From assembly GCA_017964255.1 (NCBI GenBank), contig JAGCSI010000081.1, forward strand, positions 1-59,109: a stretch of DNA of 59,109 nucleotides, read 5' to 3'. How positions within the stretch are numbered: the first letter of the stretch is position 1; every line of letters starts with the position of its first letter. The translations under genes and the position numbers were made by a program. The notes under the pieces were generated by a model, which was not told the DNA's origin, ran no database searches, and saw only the letters and a program-made list of their open reading frames with translations. Below, in pieces: positions 44,779 through 53,079 of this stretch. The DNA is from Bacteroidales bacterium. Lineage in GTDB: Bacteria > Bacteroidota > Bacteroidia > Bacteroidales > WCHB1-69.

Positions 44779-46419
44779 CTACCAGAACACCGTATAAATC
44801 ACCACCAGAATAATGCAGATGGTGTAGGCGCAGAGGTGGAAAATGCGGTTGGTTTTGAAATAGTCGGCAACGAGCGGTATGGCTTTTGTGTCGTCGTCGG
44901 TGGGGCAGGTGGCTAAACTTACCATCACAATGATGGCCATGGTGAGTATGCAGGTGTAGAACATCTGGTCCAGGAAAGGCATGTTGATGGGCAGGAATTT
45001 GAGCGCCAACGCAATGGGAATGGACAGAATGACGCCTGTAACCGCTCCTTTGTTGTTGGTTTTCTTCCAGAAAAGGCCTAAAAGGAACAATGCTAGAATG
45101 CCGGGGCTGACCAGTCCGGTGTATTCCTGAATGTATTGGAACATCTGTCCCACACTGCCTAACATGGGGGCGACAAAGCAAGCAATCAACAAGAAAACCG
45201 CGGCGGAGATACGGCCCACATTGACCAGGTTGACTTTTTTGTCACTCTTTTGTTCCATCTTAGGTGCAATGTACGGCTTGAAAACATCCATGGTGAAAAT
45301 GGTGGAGGCCGAGTTGAGCATGGATGCTAAGGAAGATATGATGGCGGCAGCTAAGGCGGCCAGCACCAAGCCTTTCAGACCGATGGGAACAAAGCTGCTG
45401 ATGAGCCAGGGATAGGCATTGTCGTTGTTGAGGGCACCGTTGTCCAGGGTAAACGCCTCCACAGCTCCGTAGCTGCCTTCGGTGAACATGACGTAGGCGA
45501 TGATGCCCGGAATAACCACGATAAAGGGAATGAGCAGTTTGAGGAAGGCGGCGAAGGCCAGTCCCTTTTGCGCTTCGGGCAGCGACTTGGCAGCGAAAGC
45601 GCGCTGGATGATATACTGGTTGAAGCCCCAGTAATAGAGGTTGGCTACCCATAGTCCGCCAATCAGCATCACGATGCCGGGCAGATTATGGAATTCGGGA
45701 TTGTCTTGTTTGAGTATCAGGTGGAAACGGTCGCCAGCCACATTGGCCACATGGCGCACGCCTTGCGAGAGACTGCCGTCGGGACTGACATAATGGAAGG
45801 CCACGAGGGTGGTGATCACACCGCCCACCACCAGCAGCAAAACTTGCAGGATGTCGGTCCACGCCACCGAGGAAAGTCCGCCACGCAGCGAGTAGCAGGC
45901 CGCGATAATGGCCAGCCCGATGATAGAGGGGATGATGAGCCTGCCGTCGCCCATGCCGATGATGGTATCGATGGCTTTGCCGCCGAGGAAGAGGACGGAG
46001 GTGAGGTTGACGAAGACGAAGAGGCCAATCCAGAAGACTGCCAGGATGGTGCGTAGTTGCCGCGAATAACGTTTCTCCACAAATTCGGGGATGGTGTAGA
46101 TGCCTTGGCGGATGAAGATGGGCATGAAGAATTTGGCGACGATGATGAGGGTGATGGCCGCCATGAATTCGTAAGAGGCTACGGCCAGTCCGCCGGCGAA
46201 GCCCGAACCCGACATGCCGATAAATTGTTCGGCTGAGATGTTGGCGGCTATCAGCGAGGCGCCAATGGCCCACCAAGGCAGGGATTTTCCTGCCAAGAAA
46301 TAGTCTTCGGCCGATTGGCTTGGCTTTTTCTTTCGGGCTATCCACCGCCCCAACCCCACAATGATTAGCAGGTAGGCGATGAAAATGATGATGTCGATGG
46401 TGTGAAATGCAGGATTCAT
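44779..46419 (-). CDS. Sodium:solute symporter (SSS/SGLT family), probably Na+/galactose
   Basis: YFLAGKSLPWWAIGASLIAANISAEQFIGMSG, NQYIIQR, SSLASMLNS; many TM helices; lies in the gal operon. Confidence 0.92.
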   Translation of the reverse strand: MNPAFHTIDIIIFIAYLLIIVGLGRWIARKKKPSQSAEDYFLAGKSLPWWAIGASLIAANISAEQFIGMSGSGFAGGLAVASYEFMAAITLIIVAKFFMPIFIRQGIYTIPEFVEKRYSRQLRTILAVFWIGLFVFVNLTSVLFLGGKAIDTIIGMGDGRLIIPSIIGLAIIAACYSLRGGLSSVAWTDILQVLLLVVGGVITTLVAFHYVSPDGSLSQGVRHVANVAGDRFHLILKQDNPEFHNLPGIVMLIGGLWVANLYYWGFNQYIIQRAFAAKSLPEAQKGLAFAAFLKLLIPFIVVIPGIIAYVMFTEGSYGAVEAFTLDNGALNNDNAYPWLISSFVPIGLKGLVLAALAAAIISSLASMLNSASTIFTMDVFKPYIAPKMEQKSDKKVNLVNVGRISAAVFLLIACFVAPMLGSVGQMFQYIQEYTGLVSPGILALFLLGLFWKKTNNKGAVTGVILSIPIALALKFLPINMPFLDQMFYTCILTMAIIVMVSLATCPTDDDTKAIPLVADYFKTNRIFHLCAYTICIILVVIYTVFW

Positions 46420-46778
46420 GATATTAATGTGCTAATTAGTAAATGTGCTAATGTGCTAATTGTTTTTAGGTTAGAAGGTTAGGAATGTTAGAAGGTTAGA
46501 AAGTTAGGGGTTAGTGTTTAGTGTTTTTTGGGGCTGTGGGCTGTGAGCCGTGAGCTGTGGGGTAGAATTCAAAGTTCAAATGTTTAATGTTTAGTGTTTA
46601 GAGGGTTAGAAGGTGAGAGCTTTAGTGTTTAATGTTTAGAGGGTTAGGAAGGTTAGGAGGTTAGGAAGGTTAGGAGGTTAGGAATTTTGGACTTTGGATT
46701 TTGGATTTTGGATTTTGAATTTTGAACTTTGAATTTTGAATTCTTAACTGTCAACTGTCAATTGTCAACTGTCAACTG
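46420..46778. repeat. Mosaic of 7- to 9-mer tandem repeats (atgtgcta, aggttagr, gtttagt, grgctgt, attttgr, actgtca)
   Basis: Successive blocks of short tandem units fill the galK-SSS gap; the last block supplies the galK Ser-stop codons. Confidence 0.9.
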
Positions 46779-47872
46779 ATGTACCCTTCCATCTCTATCC
46801 CAAACTTCTTCTCGTATGCTTTTCCAATCTCTTCGATAAATCTCTCCACCTGGTTTTCGGCGATGAGTGTGACGGTGCAGCCGCCGAAGCCGGCACCGGT
46901 CATGCGGCTGCCAAGCACGCCTTCAAATTGCTGGGCATGCTCCACCAGAAAGTCCAGTTCGGGACAGCTTACCTCGTAGTCGTCGCAGAGCGAAGCATGC
47001 GAGGCGTTCATCAGCTGACCGAAGAGGGGCATGTTGTGGTTTCTCAATGCTTGTACGGCTTCTTTTACCCTCTCGTTCTCGCTGATGGTGTGGCGTGCCC
47101 TGCGCAGCACCGTGTCTGAAAATTGGCCGGACACTTGTGACGAAAGTTTTTCGAACTGCTCCGTGTTGAGTTGGCAGAGATGCCGGATTGGGACAAGTTT
47201 TTGCAGTATGCGCAGGGCTTCCTCGCATTCCTGCCGGCGCTGGTTGTAAGCCGAATCCACCAGTCCTCTTTTCTTTTTGCTGTTGCAGATGACAAAGCGG
47301 AGGCCATCCAATGCCAAGGGAACATATTTGTATTCCAGGGTGTTGCAGTCCAGTGCAATGGCATGACCTTCTTTTCCGAAGCCAGCGGCAAACTGGTCCA
47401 TGATTCCGCATTTCATCCCTACAAAGTCATTCTCGGCATGTTGTGCCATCTTGACCAATTCCAAAGTGGAGAAATGATTGTCAATTAAAGCATTAAGCGC
47501 AAGAGCGGTGACCACCTCGATGGAGGCGGAAGAGGATAGGGCGGCGCCAATGGGCATATTGCCACGGAAATGGAAATTGTAGCCGTGGAAGTGATAGCCT
47601 CGGTCGGTGAACTCCTTGATAACTCCCAGGGGATAGTCCACCCAGCAGTGATGGTGTTGGCTCATGCCTGCTTCATCCAGTTCGAAGACAGCTTGGTCGT
47701 TGTCCGAGCTGAAACGGCAAAGCTGGTCATTGCGGTGGCTAAGCGTCAGGTAGGTGCCCATGCTCAGTGCCACAGGCAACACCAGTCCTCCGTTGTAGTC
47801 AGTGTGATCGCCAATCAGGTTCACCCGCCCAGGGGCGAAGAAGCTTTGCACAGTATTCGTTTTATTGTTCAT
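46772..47872 (-). CDS. galK: Galactokinase
   Basis: APGRVNLIGDHTDYNGG, PIGAALSSSAS, CGIMDQ, YNQRRQEC, GSRMTGAGFGGC. Slight variants of the usual GEHTDY and GAGLSSSA motifs. Confidence 0.93.
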   Translation of the reverse strand: MNNKTNTVQSFFAPGRVNLIGDHTDYNGGLVLPVALSMGTYLTLSHRNDQLCRFSSDNDQAVFELDEAGMSQHHHCWVDYPLGVIKEFTDRGYHFHGYNFHFRGNMPIGAALSSSASIEVVTALALNALIDNHFSTLELVKMAQHAENDFVGMKCGIMDQFAAGFGKEGHAIALDCNTLEYKYVPLALDGLRFVICNSKKKRGLVDSAYNQRRQECEEALRILQKLVPIRHLCQLNTEQFEKLSSQVSGQFSDTVLRRARHTISENERVKEAVQALRNHNMPLFGQLMNASHASLCDDYEVSCPELDFLVEHAQQFEGVLGSRMTGAGFGGCTVTLIAENQVERFIEEIGKAYEKKFGIEMEGYIS

Positions 47873-48882
47873 TATTGAAATCGGTATTTTGTTCTACTTT
47901 TGTATGTATGGCCAGGCCGTAGGAAGGCATTGGATTCCGGCCAGTGCTGGTTGGGGGAGTCGGGGAATTTTTGGGTTTCGAGGCAGACAGCGGAGCGTTG
48001 TTGGTAGGCAATGCCGTTCTTGCCAATGACGCTGCCATCGAGGAAGTTGCCGGTATAGACCTGCATTCCCGGCTCTGTGGTGAAGACTTCCATTGCAATG
48101 CCCGTGACGGGACTTTCCAAGCGGGCACACGGACGGGTGTCGTCACCTAGGGTGTTCAGTACCCAGTTGTGGTCGTAGCCGCGACCGATGCGCAACTGTT
48201 CAAAATCGGTGTCAATATCGCGACCAATCGCTTTCGTCTGCCGGAAATCCATCGGGGTTCCGTCCACAGAAGCCAACTCGCCCTTGGGGATAAAGCTCTC
48301 GCCGATAGGCGTATAGCGGTCTGCATCAATGGTCAGTAGGTTGTTGAGGATGTCGGTTGAGGCGTCCCCATTGAGGTTAAAGTAACTGTGGTTGGTCATG
48401 TTGATGACCGTCGGGCTGTCTGTAACCGCCTCATACTGAATGTCCAGTGCATTGTCGTCCGTCAGGGTGTAGGTGACACGGGTGCATACGTTGCCCGGGA
48501 ATCCGCTGTCGCCATCCTCACTGACGAAGCTCAGTACCAGCTGACTGTCGCTCACAGATTCCACATTGAACATGCGGTATTGCCAGCCGTCAGGACCGCC
48601 GTGCAGGCAGTGAGGACCATTGTTTTGTGGCAATTGATACGTATGACCATCTATCGTTATCTGTCCGTTGTTCAGTCGGTTAGCGTATCTTCCAATTACT
48701 GCCCCAAAGTCAGAGAGGTGGGTTTCGGGCAGATAATCCTCCAGTTTGTCAAAGCCCAGTACTACATTCCGCATTTCGCCATTCTTGTCAGGAACCCACA
48801 GGCCGACAATGCGCCCCCCGAAGTTGGTGATGGCGGCGCTCATGCCTTTGCGGTTCTTTAACTTGAATAAGCGTGAATCCAT
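47872..48882 (-). CDS. galM: Aldose 1-epimerase (galactose mutarotase)
   Basis: GAVIGRYANR, HCLHGG, TNHSYFNL, GYDHNW, CLETQ. The stop overlaps the galK start (TAATG). Confidence 0.95.
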   Translation of the reverse strand: MDSRLFKLKNRKGMSAAITNFGGRIVGLWVPDKNGEMRNVVLGFDKLEDYLPETHLSDFGAVIGRYANRLNNGQITIDGHTYQLPQNNGPHCLHGGPDGWQYRMFNVESVSDSQLVLSFVSEDGDSGFPGNVCTRVTYTLTDDNALDIQYEAVTDSPTVINMTNHSYFNLNGDASTDILNNLLTIDADRYTPIGESFIPKGELASVDGTPMDFRQTKAIGRDIDTDFEQLRIGRGYDHNWVLNTLGDDTRPCARLESPVTGIAMEVFTTEPGMQVYTGNFLDGSVIGKNGIAYQQRSAVCLETQKFPDSPNQHWPESNAFLRPGHTYKSRTKYRFQ

Positions 48883-48920
48883 TGTCAACTGTCAATTATC
48901 AATTGTCAATTATCAATTGT
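48881..48920. repeat. Heptamer tract (attgtca/actgtca/attatca) bridging the GH97 stop and galM start
   Basis: attgtca actgtca attatca attgtca attatca attgt; same unit as at 46748-46778. Confidence 0.85.
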
Positions 48921-50975
48921 CACCGCCGCTCCGCCTCCCGGTGCCAGCTCTAAGCTCAGTTTTCCGTCAGCGGGTACGACCATTGTTTTCTTCTGATAGT
49001 CAATGCCTTTGCGGTGAGCATTGGGACCATCCACAAACATTGTCATTGAGCCGGAGGTGATGCCCAATTCCTTGAGGTTAATCTCGATGGTGCGGGCGTT
49101 CCAATCGGTGATGGTGCCGATATACCAAGTATTGCCTTTGCGTTTGGCGGTAACGATATATTTCCCGACTTTGCCGTCCAAAATGCGGGTTTCGTCCCAG
49201 ACAGTGGGCACTTTGGCGATGAAGTCGGTGCATTCTGGTTCCTGCATATAAGCGGTAGGTGCGTCGCAAAGCATCGCAAACGGTGCGTCAAAAATCACGT
49301 ACTCAGCCAATTGTCGGCAGCGTGTGCCTTGACTCATCGGCTCGTTCCAACTTGGGAAATAGCACCAGTAGGCGGCATTGCGCATGGCCCCCTGCGTGAA
49401 GTCCATCGGTCCGGCCAGCATACGGATGAACGGAATGGTGACCTCATACTTCACCATATCCGTTTTGCTGTCCACCCACTTGCACTGCTCCAGTCCGAAC
49501 ACGCCCTCATAGTTCAGCACATTGGGGTAGGTGCGGCTCAGTCCCGTGGGCTTGTACGCCCCGTGAAAGTCGATGAAGAGGTGGTATTTTGCAGCAGTGG
49601 CGGCCATCCGCTCATAGAAGTTGACCACAATCTGGTCGTCGCGATCCATGAAATCGACCTTGAAGCCCTTCACGCCCATCTCGGAATAGTGCTTGCAGAC
49701 ACGCTCCATTTCCTTATCCATGGCGGCATAGCCTGCCCATAACACGATGCCAACGCCTTTGGATTCAGCGTATTTCACCAACATCGGCAAATCAATTTCG
49801 GGCACCACTTGGAAGAGGTCGGCCTGCTTGTTCACTGCCCAACCTTCATCCAAAATCACATATTCAATACCTTTCTCGGCGGCGAAATCAATATAGTATT
49901 TGTATGTCTCATTGTTGATGCCTGCCTTGAAATCCACGCCCCAGATGTTCCAATTGTTCCACCAGTCCCATGCCACTTTTCCAGGCTTAATCCACGAAAT
50001 GTCAGCCACTTTGCTCGACTCGGACAGCAGATAAACGAGGTCGTTGTTGGCCAAATCCTTATCCTCCGTGGCGATAGCGATCACGCGCCATGGGAACGCC
50101 CTCGTGCCGGCAGTTTTGGCGATATAGTTCTCGCGCTCTTTCACTACATACTGCAGGTTATTGTGTCCGCCTTGCTCCCAAGTTTTCGGTAGCGGTGCAA
50201 AATAGCCGATCATGGAATTGCCTTTGGTATGTTTGAGATACATGCCCGGATAGTCGCGCAGGTCGGCTTCGGTGATAACGGCCGTACGTACATGCCAATT
50301 ATTCAGGTTGCTTTCCCAACGGGGCATAAAGAATACCTTCACCATCATGGGCAGGAAAGCAAGTCGGTCGTTAGCCATATTGTGTAGAAACGTATCTACG
50401 TAGGTGTTTTCAAACGAAGTGCAGAGTTGTTCGGAAAAGTCACCATTTTTGGCTGCTTGTCGGTTGACATACGGAATTAAGGCTTTGGGTTCCATATTTG
50501 AAATACCATTGGCAGGAAAATTAAATTCCGCCATCTCGTGCTTTATGACAAGGGAATCTTTCCTATTTGTTACAAAACGGTAAGCAATGCCGGAGTTGTA
50601 AACTCGGAATATTACCTTGAAATTTCCTTTAAAACTGATAATCAATTCGTTATATCGGTCTTGGATTTTCGCTTTTTTGTAAAAATGTGCGGTGACTTCC
50701 TGATCTACGGATTTCCGTTCTATTTTCGTCACTTTCGGATTACGTCCGAGTATGGTGCCGTTATCCAATTCTATTCCAATTTCAGAAGGCATTATAAAGG
50801 CATTTCCTAAACTGTCAATATAGGGATGGGTGCTTTGGACAGAGTATTGTAGCTGGTTCGTTGAGCAGTCGACCATCACCTTTATATATCCGTCGGGGGA
50901 ATAAAGGGTTTCAGTTTGGGCTGTGCCCGCCAGAACAATGCACAACAGCAGGATTAGCAGTAGTTTTTCTTTCAT
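48906..50975 (-). CDS. Glycoside hydrolase family 97, retaining-type subfamily, likely alpha-galactosidase
   Basis: SWIKPGKVAWDWW, YIDFAA, LDEGW, GFKVDFMDRDDQ (Asp nucleophile motif of retaining GH97), RTYPNVLNYEGV, RMLAGPMDFT; signal peptide; upstream of galM-galK. Confidence 0.9.
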   Translation of the reverse strand: MKEKLLLILLLCIVLAGTAQTETLYSPDGYIKVMVDCSTNQLQYSVQSTHPYIDSLGNAFIMPSEIGIELDNGTILGRNPKVTKIERKSVDQEVTAHFYKKAKIQDRYNELIISFKGNFKVIFRVYNSGIAYRFVTNRKDSLVIKHEMAEFNFPANGISNMEPKALIPYVNRQAAKNGDFSEQLCTSFENTYVDTFLHNMANDRLAFLPMMVKVFFMPRWESNLNNWHVRTAVITEADLRDYPGMYLKHTKGNSMIGYFAPLPKTWEQGGHNNLQYVVKERENYIAKTAGTRAFPWRVIAIATEDKDLANNDLVYLLSESSKVADISWIKPGKVAWDWWNNWNIWGVDFKAGINNETYKYYIDFAAEKGIEYVILDEGWAVNKQADLFQVVPEIDLPMLVKYAESKGVGIVLWAGYAAMDKEMERVCKHYSEMGVKGFKVDFMDRDDQIVVNFYERMAATAAKYHLFIDFHGAYKPTGLSRTYPNVLNYEGVFGLEQCKWVDSKTDMVKYEVTIPFIRMLAGPMDFTQGAMRNAAYWCYFPSWNEPMSQGTRCRQLAEYVIFDAPFAMLCDAPTAYMQEPECTDFIAKVPTVWDETRILDGKVGKYIVTAKRKGNTWYIGTITDWNARTIEINLKELGITSGSMTMFVDGPNAHRKGIDYQKKTMVVPADGKLSLELAPGGGAAVTIDN

Positions 50976-50991
50976 GTTTTGTGTATATTAT

Positions 50992-51022
50992 TGAAAAAGA
51001 CGGAGCAAGCCCCGTCTTTTCA
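50992..51022. repeat. AGACG...CGTCT palindrome (REP-like or terminator)
   Basis: tgaaaaagacggagc-aa-gccccgtcttttca between the T9SS gene stop and the GH97 start. Confidence 0.65.
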
Positions 51023-51040
51023 TTTTTTCAAATATTCGAA

Positions 51041-52192
51041 TTATTGATTGACAATTTTCTTGCTAAAGGTCCCTTGGTCTGTTTCGCATTGGAGAATGAA
51101 AATACCTTTGTAAGGCAATTCCAAGGTGATGTTTTCGGTCAGTGGTGTTGTTTGCTGCAGCAGTTTGCCATCAATACTGTATAATTTGATAGACAGGGGT
51201 TTCTGTTGGAATTGCAGCTGGCACTGGCCGTTGGCGGGATTGGGGTAGCAGAGCACCTTGTCTTCTGCTAAAGTCTGTACACTGCTGCCATCAGATGTCC
51301 ATAACTGCAGGTTGTCCACATACAGGGCAGAGCCTTGCTGGCGGTTGTCGGCACTTGCTGAGGAACAGAGCACGATGACCAATGAGTCAGGGTTGACCAA
51401 AGGCTGGCCTGAGACCATCTCTCCAAGGGAGGAGTAGGAGACCTCAAAAGGAGTGTAAGTGGAGACATCGGACAGGCTCATGGCAAAGCCACCGCCGACC
51501 ACCTCACGGCGATGGGTGGTAGTGTTGTACTTGGTGCCAAAAATCAGGACACCTCCATTGTCACCACTGGTGGCGGAAGTGTATTTGTATTGTCCTGTAA
51601 GACTGCCGATAACTTGTCCGTTGAGGGGGATGCCACCGGTAATGTAATCATTCATATCCAGTTCACTGAGACTTGCCAACATCTGTGAGAGGTCACCGGT
51701 GTTCTCTGCGAAGGTCGTCATCAGGGTGGCCAGCTGCTCCACGTTTATTTCTCCGGTAGTCAAAAAGGTCGGTATCACCATGTTTGCCAGTTCGTCATCC
51801 AAATAAGATTCGAAAAGTGAATAAACTCCTGAAGAAATGATGTCGGACAGCTTAAAACTCTCCAGTTTGAGGGCCTTATTTCCTTCTGGCACGCCATTGG
51901 TCTCCTGGGCGACTTTCAACAAAGGCAGGTCGGTGTTGATATTGAGGCTCATACCCGAGTAGGTGATGGGATAGTCAATGGGGAAAGATGGGTAGTTCCA
52001 ATTACTTGGATAGGTGAAGTCTCCATAAACAGGTAACAACGGTATGGGACCGACCATTATACTGTATCCACTGCCATTGGACCATTCCTCGAAGCCGCTG
52101 TTGGTGAACGGAATGTTGGTTTGAGCCTGTGACACAAAAGCGGTCGCAATCAGAAACAGAAATGAAAATAGTAAACTTTTAATTGTTTTCAT
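51041..52192 (-). CDS. T9SS-secreted protein with a PCMD-like (putative carbohydrate metabolism) domain
   Basis: Signal peptide from ATG 52192; NSGFEEW...EGNKALKLES...LTGQYKY...SALYVDNLQL; CTD CYPNPA...LYSIDGK...GIFIL...KKIVNQ. Confidence 0.75.
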   Translation of the reverse strand: MKTIKSLLFSFLFLIATAFVSQAQTNIPFTNSGFEEWSNGSGYSIMVGPIPLLPVYGDFTYPSNWNYPSFPIDYPITYSGMSLNINTDLPLLKVAQETNGVPEGNKALKLESFKLSDIISSGVYSLFESYLDDELANMVIPTFLTTGEINVEQLATLMTTFAENTGDLSQMLASLSELDMNDYITGGIPLNGQVIGSLTGQYKYTSATSGDNGGVLIFGTKYNTTTHRREVVGGGFAMSLSDVSTYTPFEVSYSSLGEMVSGQPLVNPDSLVIVLCSSASADNRQQGSALYVDNLQLWTSDGSSVQTLAEDKVLCYPNPANGQCQLQFQQKPLSIKLYSIDGKLLQQTTPLTENITLELPYKGIFILQCETDQGTFSKKIVNQ

Positions 52193-52351
52193 ATTATTTG
52201 TATTTGTTGTTTTTATAGTTTCATTTTGCAAAGTAAATAAAAAAAACGGCAACTTGTTGCGGCATTGAGATTTTTTTTTCCACAGAGGGGTATAGTATAA
52301 TCTTTTTGAAAAAAAAAGTATGTTATAGCAGTCTTATTCAAAAAAAAGATT

Positions 52352-52361
52352 TAATTTTGCA
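52352..52361 (+). promoter_or_regulatory. -7 promoter element TAATTTTG(CA)
   Basis: TAnnTTTG match ~16 nt upstream of ATG 52376. Confidence 0.6.
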
Positions 52362-52375
52362 GAAAAATAAAAACA

Positions 52376-52999
52376 ATGAAAAAGATTTACAATTTTATGT
52401 TTGCCGCAGTCATGCTGCTGGCTGTCTCTTGCCAAAACGAACCGGCTGTGACAGAAACCGTTAATGAAGAACCTCAAATCAACACAACTATGGAAGATTT
52501 ATTGACCAGACGTAGCATACGTCAGTACACTGATGAAATGCCTCCGATGGAGGTGATTGAAGAAATCTGCAAGGCGGGTACCTACGCTCCCACGGGCATG
52601 AACCGCCAGAGCCCGATTATCATTGCGGTGACCAACCGTGAGATGCGCGACCGCATGAGCCGCCTCAATGCCCAGGTGATGGGTAACGACAGCGATCCCT
52701 TCTATGGCGCACCGGTTGTATTGGTGGTGTTGGCCGACAAAAATGTGCATACCCATGTTGAAGACGGCAGCTTGGTGATGGGCAACCTGATGCTTGCCGC
52801 CCATGCCAAAGGCCTTGGCTCTTGCTGGATTCACCGAGCCAGAGAGGTGTTTGAATCTGAAGAAGGCAAACAAATCCTGGCCGAACTCGGCATCGAGGGT
52901 GATTATGTAGGCGTTGGCAACTGCATCCTTGGCTATGTCGCCGGCGACTATCCCGAAGCCAAACCCCGCAAAGACAACTGGGTGTATTGGGTGAAATAA
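52376..52999 (+). CDS. Nitroreductase-family flavoprotein with an N-terminal lipoprotein signal
   Basis: LLTRRSIRQY, APTGMNRQ, FYGAPVV, NLMLAAHAKGLGSCWI, ILGY, KPRK; N-terminus MKKIYNFMFAAVMLLAVSC. Confidence 0.9.
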   Translation: MKKIYNFMFAAVMLLAVSCQNEPAVTETVNEEPQINTTMEDLLTRRSIRQYTDEMPPMEVIEEICKAGTYAPTGMNRQSPIIIAVTNREMRDRMSRLNAQVMGNDSDPFYGAPVVLVVLADKNVHTHVEDGSLVMGNLMLAAHAKGLGSCWIHRAREVFESEEGKQILAELGIEGDYVGVGNCILGYVAGDYPEAKPRKDNWVYWVK

Positions 53000-53025
53000 A
53001 AAAAAGATAACTGTTGAATAAAAAG

Positions 53026-53054
53026 AAAAGAGACGCCAACGCGTCTCTTTTTTT
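53026..53054. terminator. Bidirectional terminator (AGACG...CGTCT family)
   Basis: aaaagagacgc-caac-gcgtctctttttt between convergent genes. Confidence 0.85.
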
Positions 53055-53079
53055 ATGAATAAGGAACCTTTGTATAATC

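Noticed and set aside
46467-46683. Telomere-like ttagg repeats suggesting eukaryotic contamination or a chromosome end
   Set aside because: Units are mostly 8-9-mers, mixed with other repeats, and sit between two ordinary co-oriented bacterial genes.
52229-52350. Divergent promoter (ttactttg on the minus strand) and poly-A/T tracts as phase-variable switches
   Set aside because: The match to TAnnTTTG is imperfect, 8-9-nt homopolymers are common in AT-rich intergenic DNA, and I saw no inverted repeats or invertase.
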